Shown in pieces: positions 42,280-52,557 of a stretch of 64,000 nt of DNA. This DNA is from an uncultured delta proteobacterium. Lineage in GTDB: Bacteria > Desulfobacterota > Binatia > UBA9968. The DNA is taken from the NCBI GenBank assembly GCA_963847445.1, contig CAWJZV010000042.1, forward strand, positions 64,001 through 128,000, written 5' to 3'. Every line of letters begins with the position of its first letter. Within the stretch, counting starts at the first letter, position 1. The notes below the pieces were generated by a model. That model saw nothing but the letters and a program-made list of their open reading frames with translations, was not told the origin of the DNA and searched no databases. A program made the position numbers and the translations under genes.

Positions 42280-43253
42280 ATGGAGAATCGCCGCCGCAAG
42301 GCCCGAAACGTTCGCTCGGTCTGCTTGATCGTTCTACTCGCCATCGTTGCTGATCAATAGGGGATGGCCTGGCGCAGACCCAGAAGGTGCGCATTTCGTT
42401 CTCGAGCCGCAGTAACACCAGCGTGCCGTACTACGTTGCGGTGAGCAGAGGCTTCTTTCGCGATGAAGGCATGGACGTGGAGATCATTCAGGCCAATCCG
42501 CGCCTGGGCGTGATGGCGCTGATAAACGGCGATGTCTCGTTTACCGGGACGTTTGTCAGCACGGTGCGCGGGATTCTTTCCGGCTTTCCGATGAAGATCG
42601 TGCTCGTCGCGTTCAAAAAAGGCGTTTATTATTTGATCGCCCATCCGAGCGTGAAAGACGTGCAAGACTTGCGGGGCAAGAAGCTCGGCGTGTCGAGCCT
42701 CCGCGGCGCGGATCATTTGGTCGCCGAGGAGTTGCTCAGATCCAAGGGGCTCAATCCGGCGCTGATGCAACCAGTGGTGCTGGGTGATACATCCGTGCGG
42801 TTACAATCCGTCATCACCGGCGCGGTGGAAGTGACGACGCTGTCGCCGCCCCATGACCTGATGGCGCAGAAGGCCGGCGTCAAAGTGCTTGCCGGGCCGC
42901 CGGAGATCGGCATGCCGGCCTCGGGAATGATTACTTCCGAGCGCTTGATCAAGGAGAATCCGGCGTTTGTCAGGCGCGGTGTGCGAGCGATCCTGCGCGC
43001 CAACCGTTTTATCGACGAGAATCGCGCCGAGACGATCAAAGTGTTGTTACAATGGGTCAAGCAGACTCCGGAGATCGCTGGGCGCTCTTACGACGTGGAA
43101 CTCAAATCGATTCTGCGCGACGGCACTATGACCGACGCCGAGATGGAAAGCTTCATTGACCGATTAGGAAATGAGAAAAAACGATCGATTGATGAAGTGC
43201 GTGATTTCTCGTTTGTCCGCCAAGCGTGGAAGGAATTGGAAGCGGGGAAATGA
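42280..43253 (+). CDS. NMT1/THI5-like substrate-binding protein (paralog of preceding gene), frameshift in signal peptide
   Basis: RISFSSRSNT; tail DEVRDFSF.R.AWKELEAGK shared with 41291 gene. Confidence 0.85.
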
Positions 43254-43349
43254 GTTTACAGCGCCGGTTTACCGGTAGGCAGTGAAAATGGATTGCCCCT
43301 TTGCCGCTGTGGCCAATCATGTAGTCCAAATTTTTGGCTTGCCACGGAG

Positions 43350-44310
43350 CTAGAAAAGCCATGTTCGCCAATTGAAAAACGTATTGTCCGTATCCAGTTC
43401 CGGCCTAAGTTTTTTTCTAACGATAATCTGATAGTCCTGATGGACGACGTCAACGTAGTGGCGGAATACTTTCAAAAAAGCATCAATCGCCGGTTCTGGA
43501 ATGAGCGCGTCGGACTGACTATCCCTTGGACTCCTTCTGAGTCCGTAGTCGTCGAAAATAATCATTCCACCCGGTTTGAGAAGATCCCATGCCATCACCG
43601 CGTCCACAAGGACGTCCTTGGCTACATGAGAGCCGTCGATGTAAACAAAATCAAAATTATTTTTGAGAGACCTTATTGAGATTCTTGATTCTCCCTTCAG
43701 CTTGGTCAGTTTGTGGCCAAGTCCGGATGCTTTCACGTTCCGATCGAACGTTGCCTCAAAGTCTTCTTCAAAAAGATCGATACAGGTGATGGTTGCGCTG
43801 TGATGGGTCAAAATATTCTCCAGAAACCAAACGGCAGACCGCCCCTCGAAACTGCCGATCTCTAAAGCGTGGACGGCGGGTTTGGCGGCAAACTCCTCTA
43901 AATACTTCAACCAGACTGGCGCGTTGGCGCTCACCCCATCGGTGCTGAATTTGTACTTGGCATCGATAGGCAGAGGTTCGAATTGGAGCTTCTTGTGAAT
44001 GTCGAGAATGGACTGGGCAACGAAGGTGGCCGACAACAGTAGAAACAAGTAACTCGTCATCTGCAGCAAGAATGCCGCGTCGAGCCACGCGGTCGCGCGT
44101 GAAGCGCTTGACCAGCAGCGCAAGCAAGACCAGTGTGGCACTCAAAATCAGAGCCCGGTGTGTTCTCGTGTGGAGAAATACCCATTGGGTCTGCATGCCC
44201 CAATAATTCTGCAAAATATACGCAGTGGCCACCGCGGCGACTGCCAAGCCACTGCCGGACAGTGCCAATAGGCTCGCGAGCGCATTCCGTGGTTTGGCGT
44301 TGGGTGTCAT
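43350..44310 (-). CDS. Membrane-anchored class I SAM methyltransferase (Methyltransf_24-like), frameshifted
   Basis: LEIGSFEGRS, FDFVYIDGSH, LKPGGMIIFDDY; TM N-terminus in ORF 43768..44310. Confidence 0.8.
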
Positions 44311-44492
44311 TTTACCACCTATGACTTGAGCTGTGTCTAAACTGGTCAGAGAGTGTGTGGGAAAATCCGTTCATGTTTGGTGGGCGTAGCACGAATGGAA
44401 GATCGTCAATGATATCAATGGAACTCATTTCGCCCTGACCCTAGTCGAAGGCGCGGCCCTTATTTCTTGCACACTATGAGCGGAACGCACGA

Positions 44493-45560
44493 TCACTGCG
44501 ACAGCTTCATAACCCGTTCGATCACGTCCTTCGGTTGGCCCATGACGTCGCGCAACTGGGCCTCGACTTCGGCGCCGCTGAGGAGTTCGAGGTCCATCCT
44601 GGACTTCTTCGCTTCTTCGACCACCATCGGATCTTTAAAGGTTCTCAGGTAAACTTCGCGCAGCAGCGTCACCCGGTCCGCTGGCGTGCCCGGCGTGGTC
44701 ATCATCGGCCGCCCGACGGTCGCCGACACCAGCAAAACTTTGGCGACGTTGCGCGGTAGCGCCGGGGTTTTCTTTTTCTCCATCAGCTCGGCGAGCGTGG
44801 GCGCATCGGCGATGCGCGGATCTTTTTTCGCGCCGGTCTGCACGATGTGGCGGTCGAAACCGGTCTTGTGCCAGGTGAAATAAGGCTCGCGCGCGAAGTG
44901 GGTGGTGATGCCGGTGCCGCGGCAATGGATCTCCCCTTTTTCTAGAGCGAGATCGATCTCGATGCCGCCGGGATAGCCGCGTACTTCATGAAACTTGGCA
45001 CCTAGGCTGTCGTTCAAAATATTCATCATAATCGTGGTGAGATCCGAGGTTCCCGTGGAGCCGCACTTGGGCGGCTCCTTGGCGGCGAGAATGTCTTCGA
45101 TGGATTTCCACGGCGCGTCTGCCTTCATGTAGAGCAACAGATCGCGCTGATCGACGCTGCCGAGCCAAGCGAATTTCGCCACGTCGAACCTCGCCTCTGG
45201 GCGGCCGAGCAGTTGGTCGAGATAGATGCCGCTGCCGATCATGCCGAGCGTGAGGCCGTCCGGTTTGGCGACGCCGTAAATATAATTGGTCGCGCTGAGC
45301 GAGCCCGCGCCCGGCATGTTTTGCACGATGATGGTCGGATTGCCGGGAATATATTTACCCATGTGGCGCGCCAGCAAGCGCGCGTACTGATCGTACAAGC
45401 CGCCGGGGGTGAAACCGACGATAATGCGGATGGTCTTGTCTTTGTAGAACGGGGCGGGCTGGCCGAAGACGTTCCCGCCGATTAACAACTGACACGACAG
45501 GAGCAGCCAGCCGATAATAAAGCTCTTGCGCGCGCCGCGGGAATTGATTCGGGATGCCAT
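44493..45560 (-). CDS. Tripartite tricarboxylate transporter substrate-binding protein (TctC/Bug-like)
   Basis: IRIIVGFTPGGLYD.YAR, VQNMPGAGS, AKPDGLTLG, GYPGG. Confidence 0.88.
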   Translation of the reverse strand: MASRINSRGARKSFIIGWLLLSCQLLIGGNVFGQPAPFYKDKTIRIIVGFTPGGLYDQYARLLARHMGKYIPGNPTIIVQNMPGAGSLSATNYIYGVAKPDGLTLGMIGSGIYLDQLLGRPEARFDVAKFAWLGSVDQRDLLLYMKADAPWKSIEDILAAKEPPKCGSTGTSDLTTIMMNILNDSLGAKFHEVRGYPGGIEIDLALEKGEIHCRGTGITTHFAREPYFTWHKTGFDRHIVQTGAKKDPRIADAPTLAELMEKKKTPALPRNVAKVLLVSATVGRPMMTTPGTPADRVTLLREVYLRTFKDPMVVEEAKKSRMDLELLSGAEVEAQLRDVMGQPKDVIERVMKLSQ

Positions 45561-45637
45561 GTGAAACTCCTTAGAGTGATTCATGGTCCGTTTATACGGA
45601 GTTTGACGATCTTCTGCAAATTCCGACTAGCCCAGGA

Positions 45638-45654
45638 TGGCAAGCTCATTGCCA
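45638..45654. promoter_or_regulatory. Quasi-palindrome readable as a sigma54 promoter on both strands, or a TF operator
   Basis: TGGCAAGCTCATTGCCA; minus strand TGGCAATGAGCTTGCCA. Confidence 0.5.
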
Positions 45655-45750
45655 ATTTTTAAGGTTTTGGCTTATAAGTGTTGAGCCTCAAGATCGCCGA
45701 GGCGATGAAACGCGGCGGTTGATTGCGTGGCAACTTACTTATCGGATATT

Positions 45751-46067
45751 TTCATCACGAAGGACACGAACAAGCACGAAGGTGAGAATTAAACACCAGG
45801 GACGATTGGATTCGGAATATTAACCGTAAAGAGCACAATATGCGGGGTTCCGTCATGCCGGCGCAGGCCGGCATCCAGACCCAGCATCCACCTGGATACC
45901 GTTTTTCAACGGTATGACGACTTGTCCGTCACCTGGTTCCCGCCCTTCGGCTTTGCTCAGGACAGGCGTGCGCGGGAATGACGAATTGAGGGAGATCATG
46001 TTCTAGGAATGCCAACCATTTTCATGCTCGGTAGGCGAGCGTAAGCTCGTGAGCACTTCGTGGTGAA
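45751..46067. repeat. Composite element, TTCA.CACGAAG...CTTCGTGGTGAA frame with nested CGTC REPs
   Basis: Contains cgtcatgccggcgcaggccggcatccag, ctggataccg..cggtatgacg, cccttcggctttgctcaggacagg and gcgggaatgacg. Confidence 0.75.
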
Positions 46068-46115
46068 GATTCTGCTCCGTCGATAAGGCGACAATTCACA
46101 CGGCCTGATTTCTCA

Positions 46116-47513
46116 ATGGTAAACGCCAATCATCCTTATGACGTGCTTGTCGCCGGCGGCGGCAATGCGGCGCTGTGCGCGGCGATCACGGCGCGGCGCG
46201 CCGGCGCCCGGGTGATTGTGCTCGAAAGCGCGACGAGAGACTTTCGCGGCGGCAACAGCCGCCATACGCGCGATATTCGTTACATGCATCGGGCGGCCAG
46301 CGAATTCGTCACCGATGCTTACGGCGAAGAGGAGTTTTGGCAGGATCTGCGCGGTGTCACCGGCGGCGCGACCAACGAGCGGCTGGCTCGATTGGTGATT
46401 CGCGAATCGGAGACGCTGGGCGATTGGATGGCGGCCAACGGCGTGCGCTGGCAAAAGCCGCTGCGCGGCACGCTCCATCTGACCCGCAGCAATCTGTTCA
46501 TGCTCGGCGGCGGCAAGGCGATGATGAATGGCTACTATGACACGGCGGCCAAGCTCGGCGTCGAGATTCATTACGAAAGCGAAGTGCAGGAGCTGAAAAT
46601 TCGCGACGGCGAATTTGTTTCCGCTGTGGCGCTTCACGACGGCGCGGCGCGCGCCATCGAAGCGAAAACGATCGTCGTCGCTGCGGGCGGCTTCGAAGCG
46701 AATATTCCGTGGTTGAAAGAATACTGGGGCGAGGCGGCGGAGAATTTCATCATCCGCGGCACCAAGAACAATCAGGGAGTGCTGCTCAAAGCGTTGCTCA
46801 AACATGGCGCCAAACCGGAGGGCGATCCGCGCGGCTGCCATGCCGTGGCGCTCGATGCGCGCGCGCCGAAGTTCGACGGCGGCATCGTCACCCGTCTCGA
46901 CAGCGTGCCCTTCGGCCTGGTGGTCAATAAAGAGGTGAAACGTTTTTACGATGAGGGCGAAGATTTCTGGCCCAAGCGTTACGCGATCTGGGGCAAACTC
47001 ATCGCCGAGCAACCGGGACAGATTGCCTATTCCATCGTCGACGCCAATGCGCTGCCTCGCTTCATGCCGTCGGTATTTCCCCCGCTGCAAGCGGGCTCGA
47101 TCGCCGAGCTGGCGACCGCGATGGAAATTGACCCGCGGGCGTTGGTTGCCGTCGTTGCGGAATTCAACCGCTCGGTACGCGTTGGCAAGTTCGATCCTGG
47201 CAGCTTGGACGATTGTCATACCGAAGGGCTCACGCCGCCGAAGAGCCATTGGGCGAAAGCAATCGACACGCCGCCTTACTATGGCTACCCGCTGCGGCCG
47301 GGCATTACTTTTACCTATCTCGGCGTTACCGTCGATGAGCAGGCGCGGGTGATCATGCAAAACGACCAGCCGGCGAAAAACATTTACGCCGCGGGAGAGG
47401 TGATGGCGGGGAACATTCTTGGCCGAGGTTACCTGGCCGGCTTCGGCTTGACCATCGGTTCCGTGTTCGGCCGCATCGCCGGCAGAGAGGCGGCGCGCCA
47501 TGGCCGGGCTTGA
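46116..47513 (+). CDS. tcuA: FAD-dependent tricarballylate dehydrogenase TcuA
   Basis: GGGNAALCAA, RGGNSRHTR, HAVALDARAPKFDGGIVTRLD, PKRYAIWG, GITFTYLG, GNILGRGYLAG. Confidence 0.9.
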   Translation: MVNANHPYDVLVAGGGNAALCAAITARRAGARVIVLESATRDFRGGNSRHTRDIRYMHRAASEFVTDAYGEEEFWQDLRGVTGGATNERLARLVIRESETLGDWMAANGVRWQKPLRGTLHLTRSNLFMLGGGKAMMNGYYDTAAKLGVEIHYESEVQELKIRDGEFVSAVALHDGAARAIEAKTIVVAAGGFEANIPWLKEYWGEAAENFIIRGTKNNQGVLLKALLKHGAKPEGDPRGCHAVALDARAPKFDGGIVTRLDSVPFGLVVNKEVKRFYDEGEDFWPKRYAIWGKLIAEQPGQIAYSIVDANALPRFMPSVFPPLQAGSIAELATAMEIDPRALVAVVAEFNRSVRVGKFDPGSLDDCHTEGLTPPKSHWAKAIDTPPYYGYPLRPGITFTYLGVTVDEQARVIMQNDQPAKNIYAAGEVMAGNILGRGYLAGFGLTIGSVFGRIAGREAARHGRA

Positions 47514-48609
47514 TCTGCTCAACGAAGGCGCGCGGCAGATGACGATCTGCAATGCCTGCCGCTACTGCGAAGGCTACTGCGCGGTGTTCCCGGCAATGGA
47601 GCAGCGGCGGATTTTTACCAAGGCCGATCTCACTTATCTGGCTAATCTTTGCTTCGATTGCCGTGACTGTTATTACGCCTGTCAGTACGCGCCGCCGCAC
47701 GAGTTCGCCGTGAATGTCCCCCAGCTCATGTCCGAGCTGCGCGCGGATACTTACCGCGAGTTTACTTGGCCGGCGCTGTTAGCCGGCGTATTCAAACACA
47801 ACATTCTGGCGGCCGGCGTCATCACGGCGGCGTCGATGACGATCATCCTCGGCCTCGTGCTGGCATTCCAAGGGGCACCCGTATTGTTCGCCGTTCATCT
47901 TGGCGAAGGCGCGTTTTACCGAGTGGTTCCATTCATCGCCATGACCGTGCCGCCGTCGCTGATCGCGCTTTACGGTTTGGCGGTTTTCACCATTGGCGCG
48001 ATTCGATTCTGGCGCGAGACCCAAGGGAACGTAGTCGAGCTGATAGATTTTGCCGCGCTCTGGCGCGCTACCAAAGACGCCTTCGGCTTGGCCTACCTGA
48101 AGGGCGGCGGTGCCGGCTGCAACTATCCGGGGGAGAGTTTCTCGCAGTCGAGGTTGTGGTTGCACCATGCGGTTTTCTTCGGCTTTCTGCTCGACTTGGC
48201 GGCGACCACGATCGCCGCGTTCTACGATCATTTTCTCGGCTGGCAGGCTCCCTATCCTTATTTCAGCGCGCCGGTGGTTCTCGGCACGGTTGGCGGGATC
48301 ATGTTGGTTGTCGGCACGATCGGTCTGCTTTACTTGAAATGGCGAAGCGACCGCGGTCCGGCGCATGCGAGCATGTTCAGCATGGACGTGGCGTTTCTGC
48401 TCTTGTTGTTTCTGACCAGCTTCACGGGACTGCTGCTGCTCGGCTTTCGCGAGACGACGGCGATGGGCAGTTTGCTGGTTATTCACCTGGGAGTTGTCGC
48501 CGGTCTGTTCATCACGATGCCGTACGGCAAATTCGCCCACGTGGTTTACCGTTATGCGGCCTTGGTGCGATTTTCCATCGAACAGCGCCGCGTCGAGGGC
48601 AACGGTTGA
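47500..48609 (+). CDS. tcuB: Tricarballylate utilization 4Fe-4S membrane protein TcuB
   Basis: ICNACRYCEGYCAVFPA, LCFDCRDCYYACQYAPPHEF, MPYGKFAH. Confidence 0.92.
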   Translation: MAGLDLLNEGARQMTICNACRYCEGYCAVFPAMEQRRIFTKADLTYLANLCFDCRDCYYACQYAPPHEFAVNVPQLMSELRADTYREFTWPALLAGVFKHNILAAGVITAASMTIILGLVLAFQGAPVLFAVHLGEGAFYRVVPFIAMTVPPSLIALYGLAVFTIGAIRFWRETQGNVVELIDFAALWRATKDAFGLAYLKGGGAGCNYPGESFSQSRLWLHHAVFFGFLLDLAATTIAAFYDHFLGWQAPYPYFSAPVVLGTVGGIMLVVGTIGLLYLKWRSDRGPAHASMFSMDVAFLLLLFLTSFTGLLLLGFRETTAMGSLLVIHLGVVAGLFITMPYGKFAHVVYRYAALVRFSIEQRRVEGNG

Positions 48610-49308
48610 AAGCGCTTCCTGAAATCATCCGCATCCCTGAAGGATTTTTTCTGATGGGTTACGAGCAGGGCCAGGACAACGAGCGGCCGGTTCATCGCGT
48701 CGGGCTGGATCGCTTTGGTTTGGCAAAGTTTCCAGTCACCAACTCGCAGTACTTGTTGTTTCTCGATGCCACCGGTGCCGCGCCGCCGCCCTTTTGGTCC
48801 GAGCCAATGTTCACCGATCCGCGAAAGCCGGTGGTGGGCGTGACCTGGGACGAAGCGGTCGCGTATTGCCGCTGGCTCGGTGGCCGCGAAGGGCCAGCAG
48901 TATCGTCTGCCGACCGAAGCTGAATGGGAGTATGCGGCGCGTGGCGGCCGCGAAGGTGCGCTCTTTCCTTGGGGCGATGAGGCGCCCAGCGTGCGCGCGG
49001 CTATTGGCTTCGATGCGGCCACCGGTGGCCCGGCACCAGTCGGCGTTAACCCGCCCAACGACTTCGGGCTTCACGACATGAGCGAAGGCGTGCACGAGTG
49101 GTGCAGCGACTATTACGACTACAACTACTATCGCTACTCTCCCGAGCACAATCCCCAGGGCGCGGTTTCAGGCGAGCGCCGGGCGTCGCGCGGCGGCTCG
49201 TGGCGCCATCAGATCAAGTTCACCCGTTGCGCGGCGCGCAGTTCGCTGCCGCCGTCGTTCCGTTACGCCGATTATGGTTTTCGCGTGGCGATGACAATGG
49301 CGCGATAG
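48606..49308 (+). CDS. FGE-sulfatase (SUMF1) domain protein, frameshift ~48885
   Basis: TTG start overlapping tcuB stop; FLMG, PVTNSQY, RLPTEAEWEYAARGG, FGLHDM..GVHEWC, RGGSW, GFR. Confidence 0.85.
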
Positions 49309-49499
49309 TTTGCCGACCCGCTCGAAGGGTTCCCTCCATGCAAGCGCGGCCTGCCTGGCGAAGAGTCCGGCGCGGCTGGGCTGTTTTTGGCGAAATGTTT
49401 TTGTTTGACCGAAGTCATCGATAAAGATAAATAGCGAAGACCGAACTGCGCGCGCCGAGAGCAAGGCAAATTAACCTGGACGAGGAAAGGAGCTTTAGC

Positions 49500-50486
49500 A
49501 TGACACGCTGGAAAATAACCTATGGGTTTTTCATTTGCTCGGTCGTTTCTCTCTTCATCGTCGCGCCGTCGCGCGCTATTGACAATATCCGGGTGGCTTG
49601 TCCTTCGCTGAGTAGTACTTCGGTATTTTCCCTGGTCATTGCGCAAAAGGAAGGTTACTTTCGAGAAGAAGGTCTTAACGTCGAGCTGCTCAGCATCCGC
49701 GGCGAGATCGCGATCCGCACGGTGCTGGCCGGGGACGTCGATTTTTTTACCAATGCCGGCAGCGCGTTGGCGGCGGGGGTCAGAGGCATTCCCGTCAGGA
49801 TTGTTACGGTTTTTCAGGATAAGCCCAATTGGGATTTGATCGCGCAACCCGAGGTCAAGTCGATAGCCCAGTTGCGCGGTAAGAACATCGCGGTGATGTC
49901 TCCGGAAGGGTCGCTTGCGGTGGTCGCGCGCGAAATGTTGCGTAAAAACGGCTTGGACCCAACGAAGGATGTCAATCTTGTGACGATGGGAGGTGACGAG
50001 GTCCGCTTTCCAGCGCTCCAGACCCGATCCATACAAGCGACGTTGTTCAACACGGCCATGAGCATCAAGGCGCAAAAGGAGGGCTTTATCAAGCTCGGAA
50101 ACGCGAGCGAGTATGCCAACTTGATCGAAGGCGGATTGGCGACTTCGCAAGACAAGATCCAGCAACAGCCGGAAAAAATCCATCGCTTCGTCCGCGCCGC
50201 GCTGAAAGGGCTGATTTTTTACGTCAGCAAACGGGAAGCGGCGGTCAAATACATGATGGACACGTTGCGCATGAAGGACCAGGAGTTGGTCAGTTCGATC
50301 TACGACATTCTCACGCCGCTCGCGCTCCGGGCGGGATTCAGCGACGAGAAGGTGCTGCAAACCATGATCGATGAGATGAAACGAACTACCAAAGTACAGC
50401 GCGACATCAAAGTCCCCGACATCTTCTATCTGAGCTTCGTGAAAAAAGCCAATGACGAGATCAAAGCGAGCGGCTGGAAGCCATGA
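49500..50486 (+). CDS. NMT1/THI5-like substrate-binding protein
   Basis: Signal peptide; EGYFREEGLNVEL, LAGDVDF, LRGKNIAV. Confidence 0.85.
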   Translation: MTRWKITYGFFICSVVSLFIVAPSRAIDNIRVACPSLSSTSVFSLVIAQKEGYFREEGLNVELLSIRGEIAIRTVLAGDVDFFTNAGSALAAGVRGIPVRIVTVFQDKPNWDLIAQPEVKSIAQLRGKNIAVMSPEGSLAVVAREMLRKNGLDPTKDVNLVTMGGDEVRFPALQTRSIQATLFNTAMSIKAQKEGFIKLGNASEYANLIEGGLATSQDKIQQQPEKIHRFVRAALKGLIFYVSKREAAVKYMMDTLRMKDQELVSSIYDILTPLALRAGFSDEKVLQTMIDEMKRTTKVQRDIKVPDIFYLSFVKKANDEIKASGWKP

Positions 50487-50579
50487 CGCGGCGCCGCCGC
50501 TAGCAGGTCGTTCGATGTCGTTCAGTAGTTCAAGCCGTTCAAAACGCACGAATCGCGTTTCGACGAACTTATCGCACTT

Positions 50580-51551
50580 TCATTTTGCCGCGACCGGGAG
50601 AAATCCCGCGTCGACGAAGGTTTCCCAGGGTTTGCGTTCGGGGATTAGATTATCCATCGCGAGCAGGCGGATCATTTCGTTCAATCCAACCGGGTCGACC
50701 AGGCCCTCGCCGCGGAAGGAGTGGTTTTCCGGGACCATGAATTTGAACGTGCGCGCGGCGATGGTTTCGTCGATCTTCAGGCGGTCCATCATGATCCGCA
50801 CGGCTTCTTTTTCGTTGACTGGATCGTTCAACCAGCGCATCGCTTGGCCGATGGCGCGCATGAAGCGGGTAATCACCGGGCGCATTTGCGTTAGCGATTT
50901 GTTCGAGGCGAAATAGGAGCCGTACTGCAGGTTTTTGATCTCGTCGGAATAGTTCAAGAGAACTTTGCGGCCGGCGTCGATGGAGCGAAAATTAAACGGC
51001 GGCGCTTCGGCGAGGGACGCGGCGACCTGGCCCGAGGCGACCGCTTGAAATCTTTCTCCGCTGCCGCCGAGGGAAAGGATCGTGTAGGCCGACGGCGGGA
51101 TGCCCTGGCGCTGCATGACATCCTTGAAGATCGTCGTCGTGATGCTCGCCACAGACGCGCCGGCGATCTTCTGTCCTTTTAAATCGCCGAGGGTTTTGTA
51201 CTGCGGCTGGCCGATTACCTGATAGGCGTAGCCATACGTCGAGCCGCCGATGACTTTTAACTCGCCGCCGCGCGTCGCCGCGATCATGCCGAAGTGGGTG
51301 CCCGATCTGGCCAGATCGACGGTGCCGGCAAGCAGCGCTTTGATCACGAGGTCGGGCGTCATGTAGGTGACATCGACCTCGAGATTTTCCCTAGCGAAAT
51401 ATCCCTTGTCCCGCGCCACCATTTGATCCATTTCCAACGCGGTCGGGTTGGTCGAGCTCATGGTGATTTTATCGGCGGCGAAAGCTAGCGCCGCCGGAAC
51501 GAAGAAGCCGAATACCGCGATTAAGATGAACTTGGCTATGAATCGTTTCAT
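50580..51551 (-). CDS. NMT1/THI5-like substrate-binding protein
   Basis: MKRFIAK signal after GGAGG; DKGYFARENLEV, DLKGQKI. Confidence 0.85.
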   Translation of the reverse strand: MKRFIAKFILIAVFGFFVPAALAFAADKITMSSTNPTALEMDQMVARDKGYFARENLEVDVTYMTPDLVIKALLAGTVDLARSGTHFGMIAATRGGELKVIGGSTYGYAYQVIGQPQYKTLGDLKGQKIAGASVASITTTIFKDVMQRQGIPPSAYTILSLGGSGERFQAVASGQVAASLAEAPPFNFRSIDAGRKVLLNYSDEIKNLQYGSYFASNKSLTQMRPVITRFMRAIGQAMRWLNDPVNEKEAVRIMMDRLKIDETIAARTFKFMVPENHSFRGEGLVDPVGLNEMIRLLAMDNLIPERKPWETFVDAGFLPVAAK

Positions 51552-51600
51552 TGTCCTGTCCTCCGTTTTTGATTTTCGATTGCCGATTTGTCGGACCTGT

Positions 51601-51713
51601 GTAGGGGCCGACCTGCGTGTCGGCCCTCCGAACGGGCGGACATTGGAGCGCGGCCATTCTTGTCCGCGGTTAATCGCGGGTTGGAAAACCCGCGCTCCCA
51701 TATCCGCCCCTAC
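51601..51713. repeat. GTAG REP doublet with nested GGAGCGCGG..CCGCGCTCC palindrome
   Basis: gtaggggccgacctgcgtgtcggccc ... gggcggaca[ttggagcgcgg...cccgcgctccc]atatccgcccctac. Confidence 0.7.
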
Positions 51714-51731
51714 CATTGCCTGATGTCTTTT

Positions 51732-51915
51732 TCATCGAATCACCCGGTCCGCCCGCACCAGCACATTCGGCGGAATCGTAAGACCGATCTGCTTGCGGTC
51801 TTTAGATTGACGATGACATTCGCAACTTGATCGGCTGTTCAACGGGTAGGTTGCGGGTTGACTTCAGGATCATATGGTCCACTTAGTAGCGGCACGTCGG
51901 TAACAAATCGGTATA
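51732..51915 (-). pseudogene. 3' remnant of a PF04392 ABC substrate-binding gene
   Basis: Minus strand reads, with shifts, RRAAT..D.IL...NLPVEQP....VNLKT.KQIGLTIPPNVLVRADRVIR*. Confidence 0.75.
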
Positions 51916-51944
51916 AGTACGGTGGTGTTATCCGCCGGTCCACG

Positions 51945-52187
51945 CAATACGCCGTTTCAAAGCCGGAAGCGGCACGCAGATCGAAATGCTTCGGAAGGAA
52001 CTGGGGATAGCGACCAAATCGGCGCTGATCCGCACTGCCTTAAACGCGCTTGGAAGCAGACCAGCCAGGAAGAAAAACTACGGCGTGACATCCGGGAATC
52101 CGTGAGCCGCTGCGGCGCTGCGGACCGAGACGAGAACCAAGAGCTAGTTCGATGGCCGGCGTCGCCCGAGCGAACCGTGGTGAGTGA
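51945..52187 (+). pseudogene. Decayed antitoxin (MazE/RHH-like)
   Basis: Fragments IEMLRKELGIATKSALIRTAL...EEKLRRDIRESV; stop TGA directly before toxin ATG. Confidence 0.45.
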
Positions 52188-52557
52188 ATGCCCATTACAC
52201 GCGGGCACCTAGTACATTGTCCGACTTCAATCCGGACGCATAAAAACCAAACCCGGCGAGTTCCGCCGGCGCGCAAGCTGGCGAGAGTCCGTTCCAATCG
52301 GATCGTCGTCAATGATGCGGGACCCGTCGACATCGTCATCCCGACGACGACCCGGCTCGTGGAAAATCCGGGACGATATGTCTTCGGTTGATCGCCTCAA
52401 GAAGGGCCAAGGCGAGCGTTTCCCGCGATAGCGATCTGCTTTTCGGGCCAACTAATCGCTGTGGCTAACGACTCCTTCCGCCATGAGATTGGTTCCTTGC
52501 CAAATCCAATAATGAAAGAAGTGGAAAATCGCATCCGCATGCATTTTGAGTTTGTGA
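52188..52557 (+). pseudogene. Decayed PemK/MazF toxin
   Basis: MPITRGHL..DFNP....PG.FRP...Q...VND....IVIPTTTRL...DSDLL.GQLIAV....RHEIGSLP..IMKEVENRIR across shifted frames. Confidence 0.65.

Noticed and set aside
46113-47552. 479-aa antisense ORF over tcuA (likewise 6181-7401, 8157-9236, 49272-50549)
   Set aside because: Shadow ORFs expected in high-GC coding DNA; no motifs, and the opposite strand encodes a clear family protein
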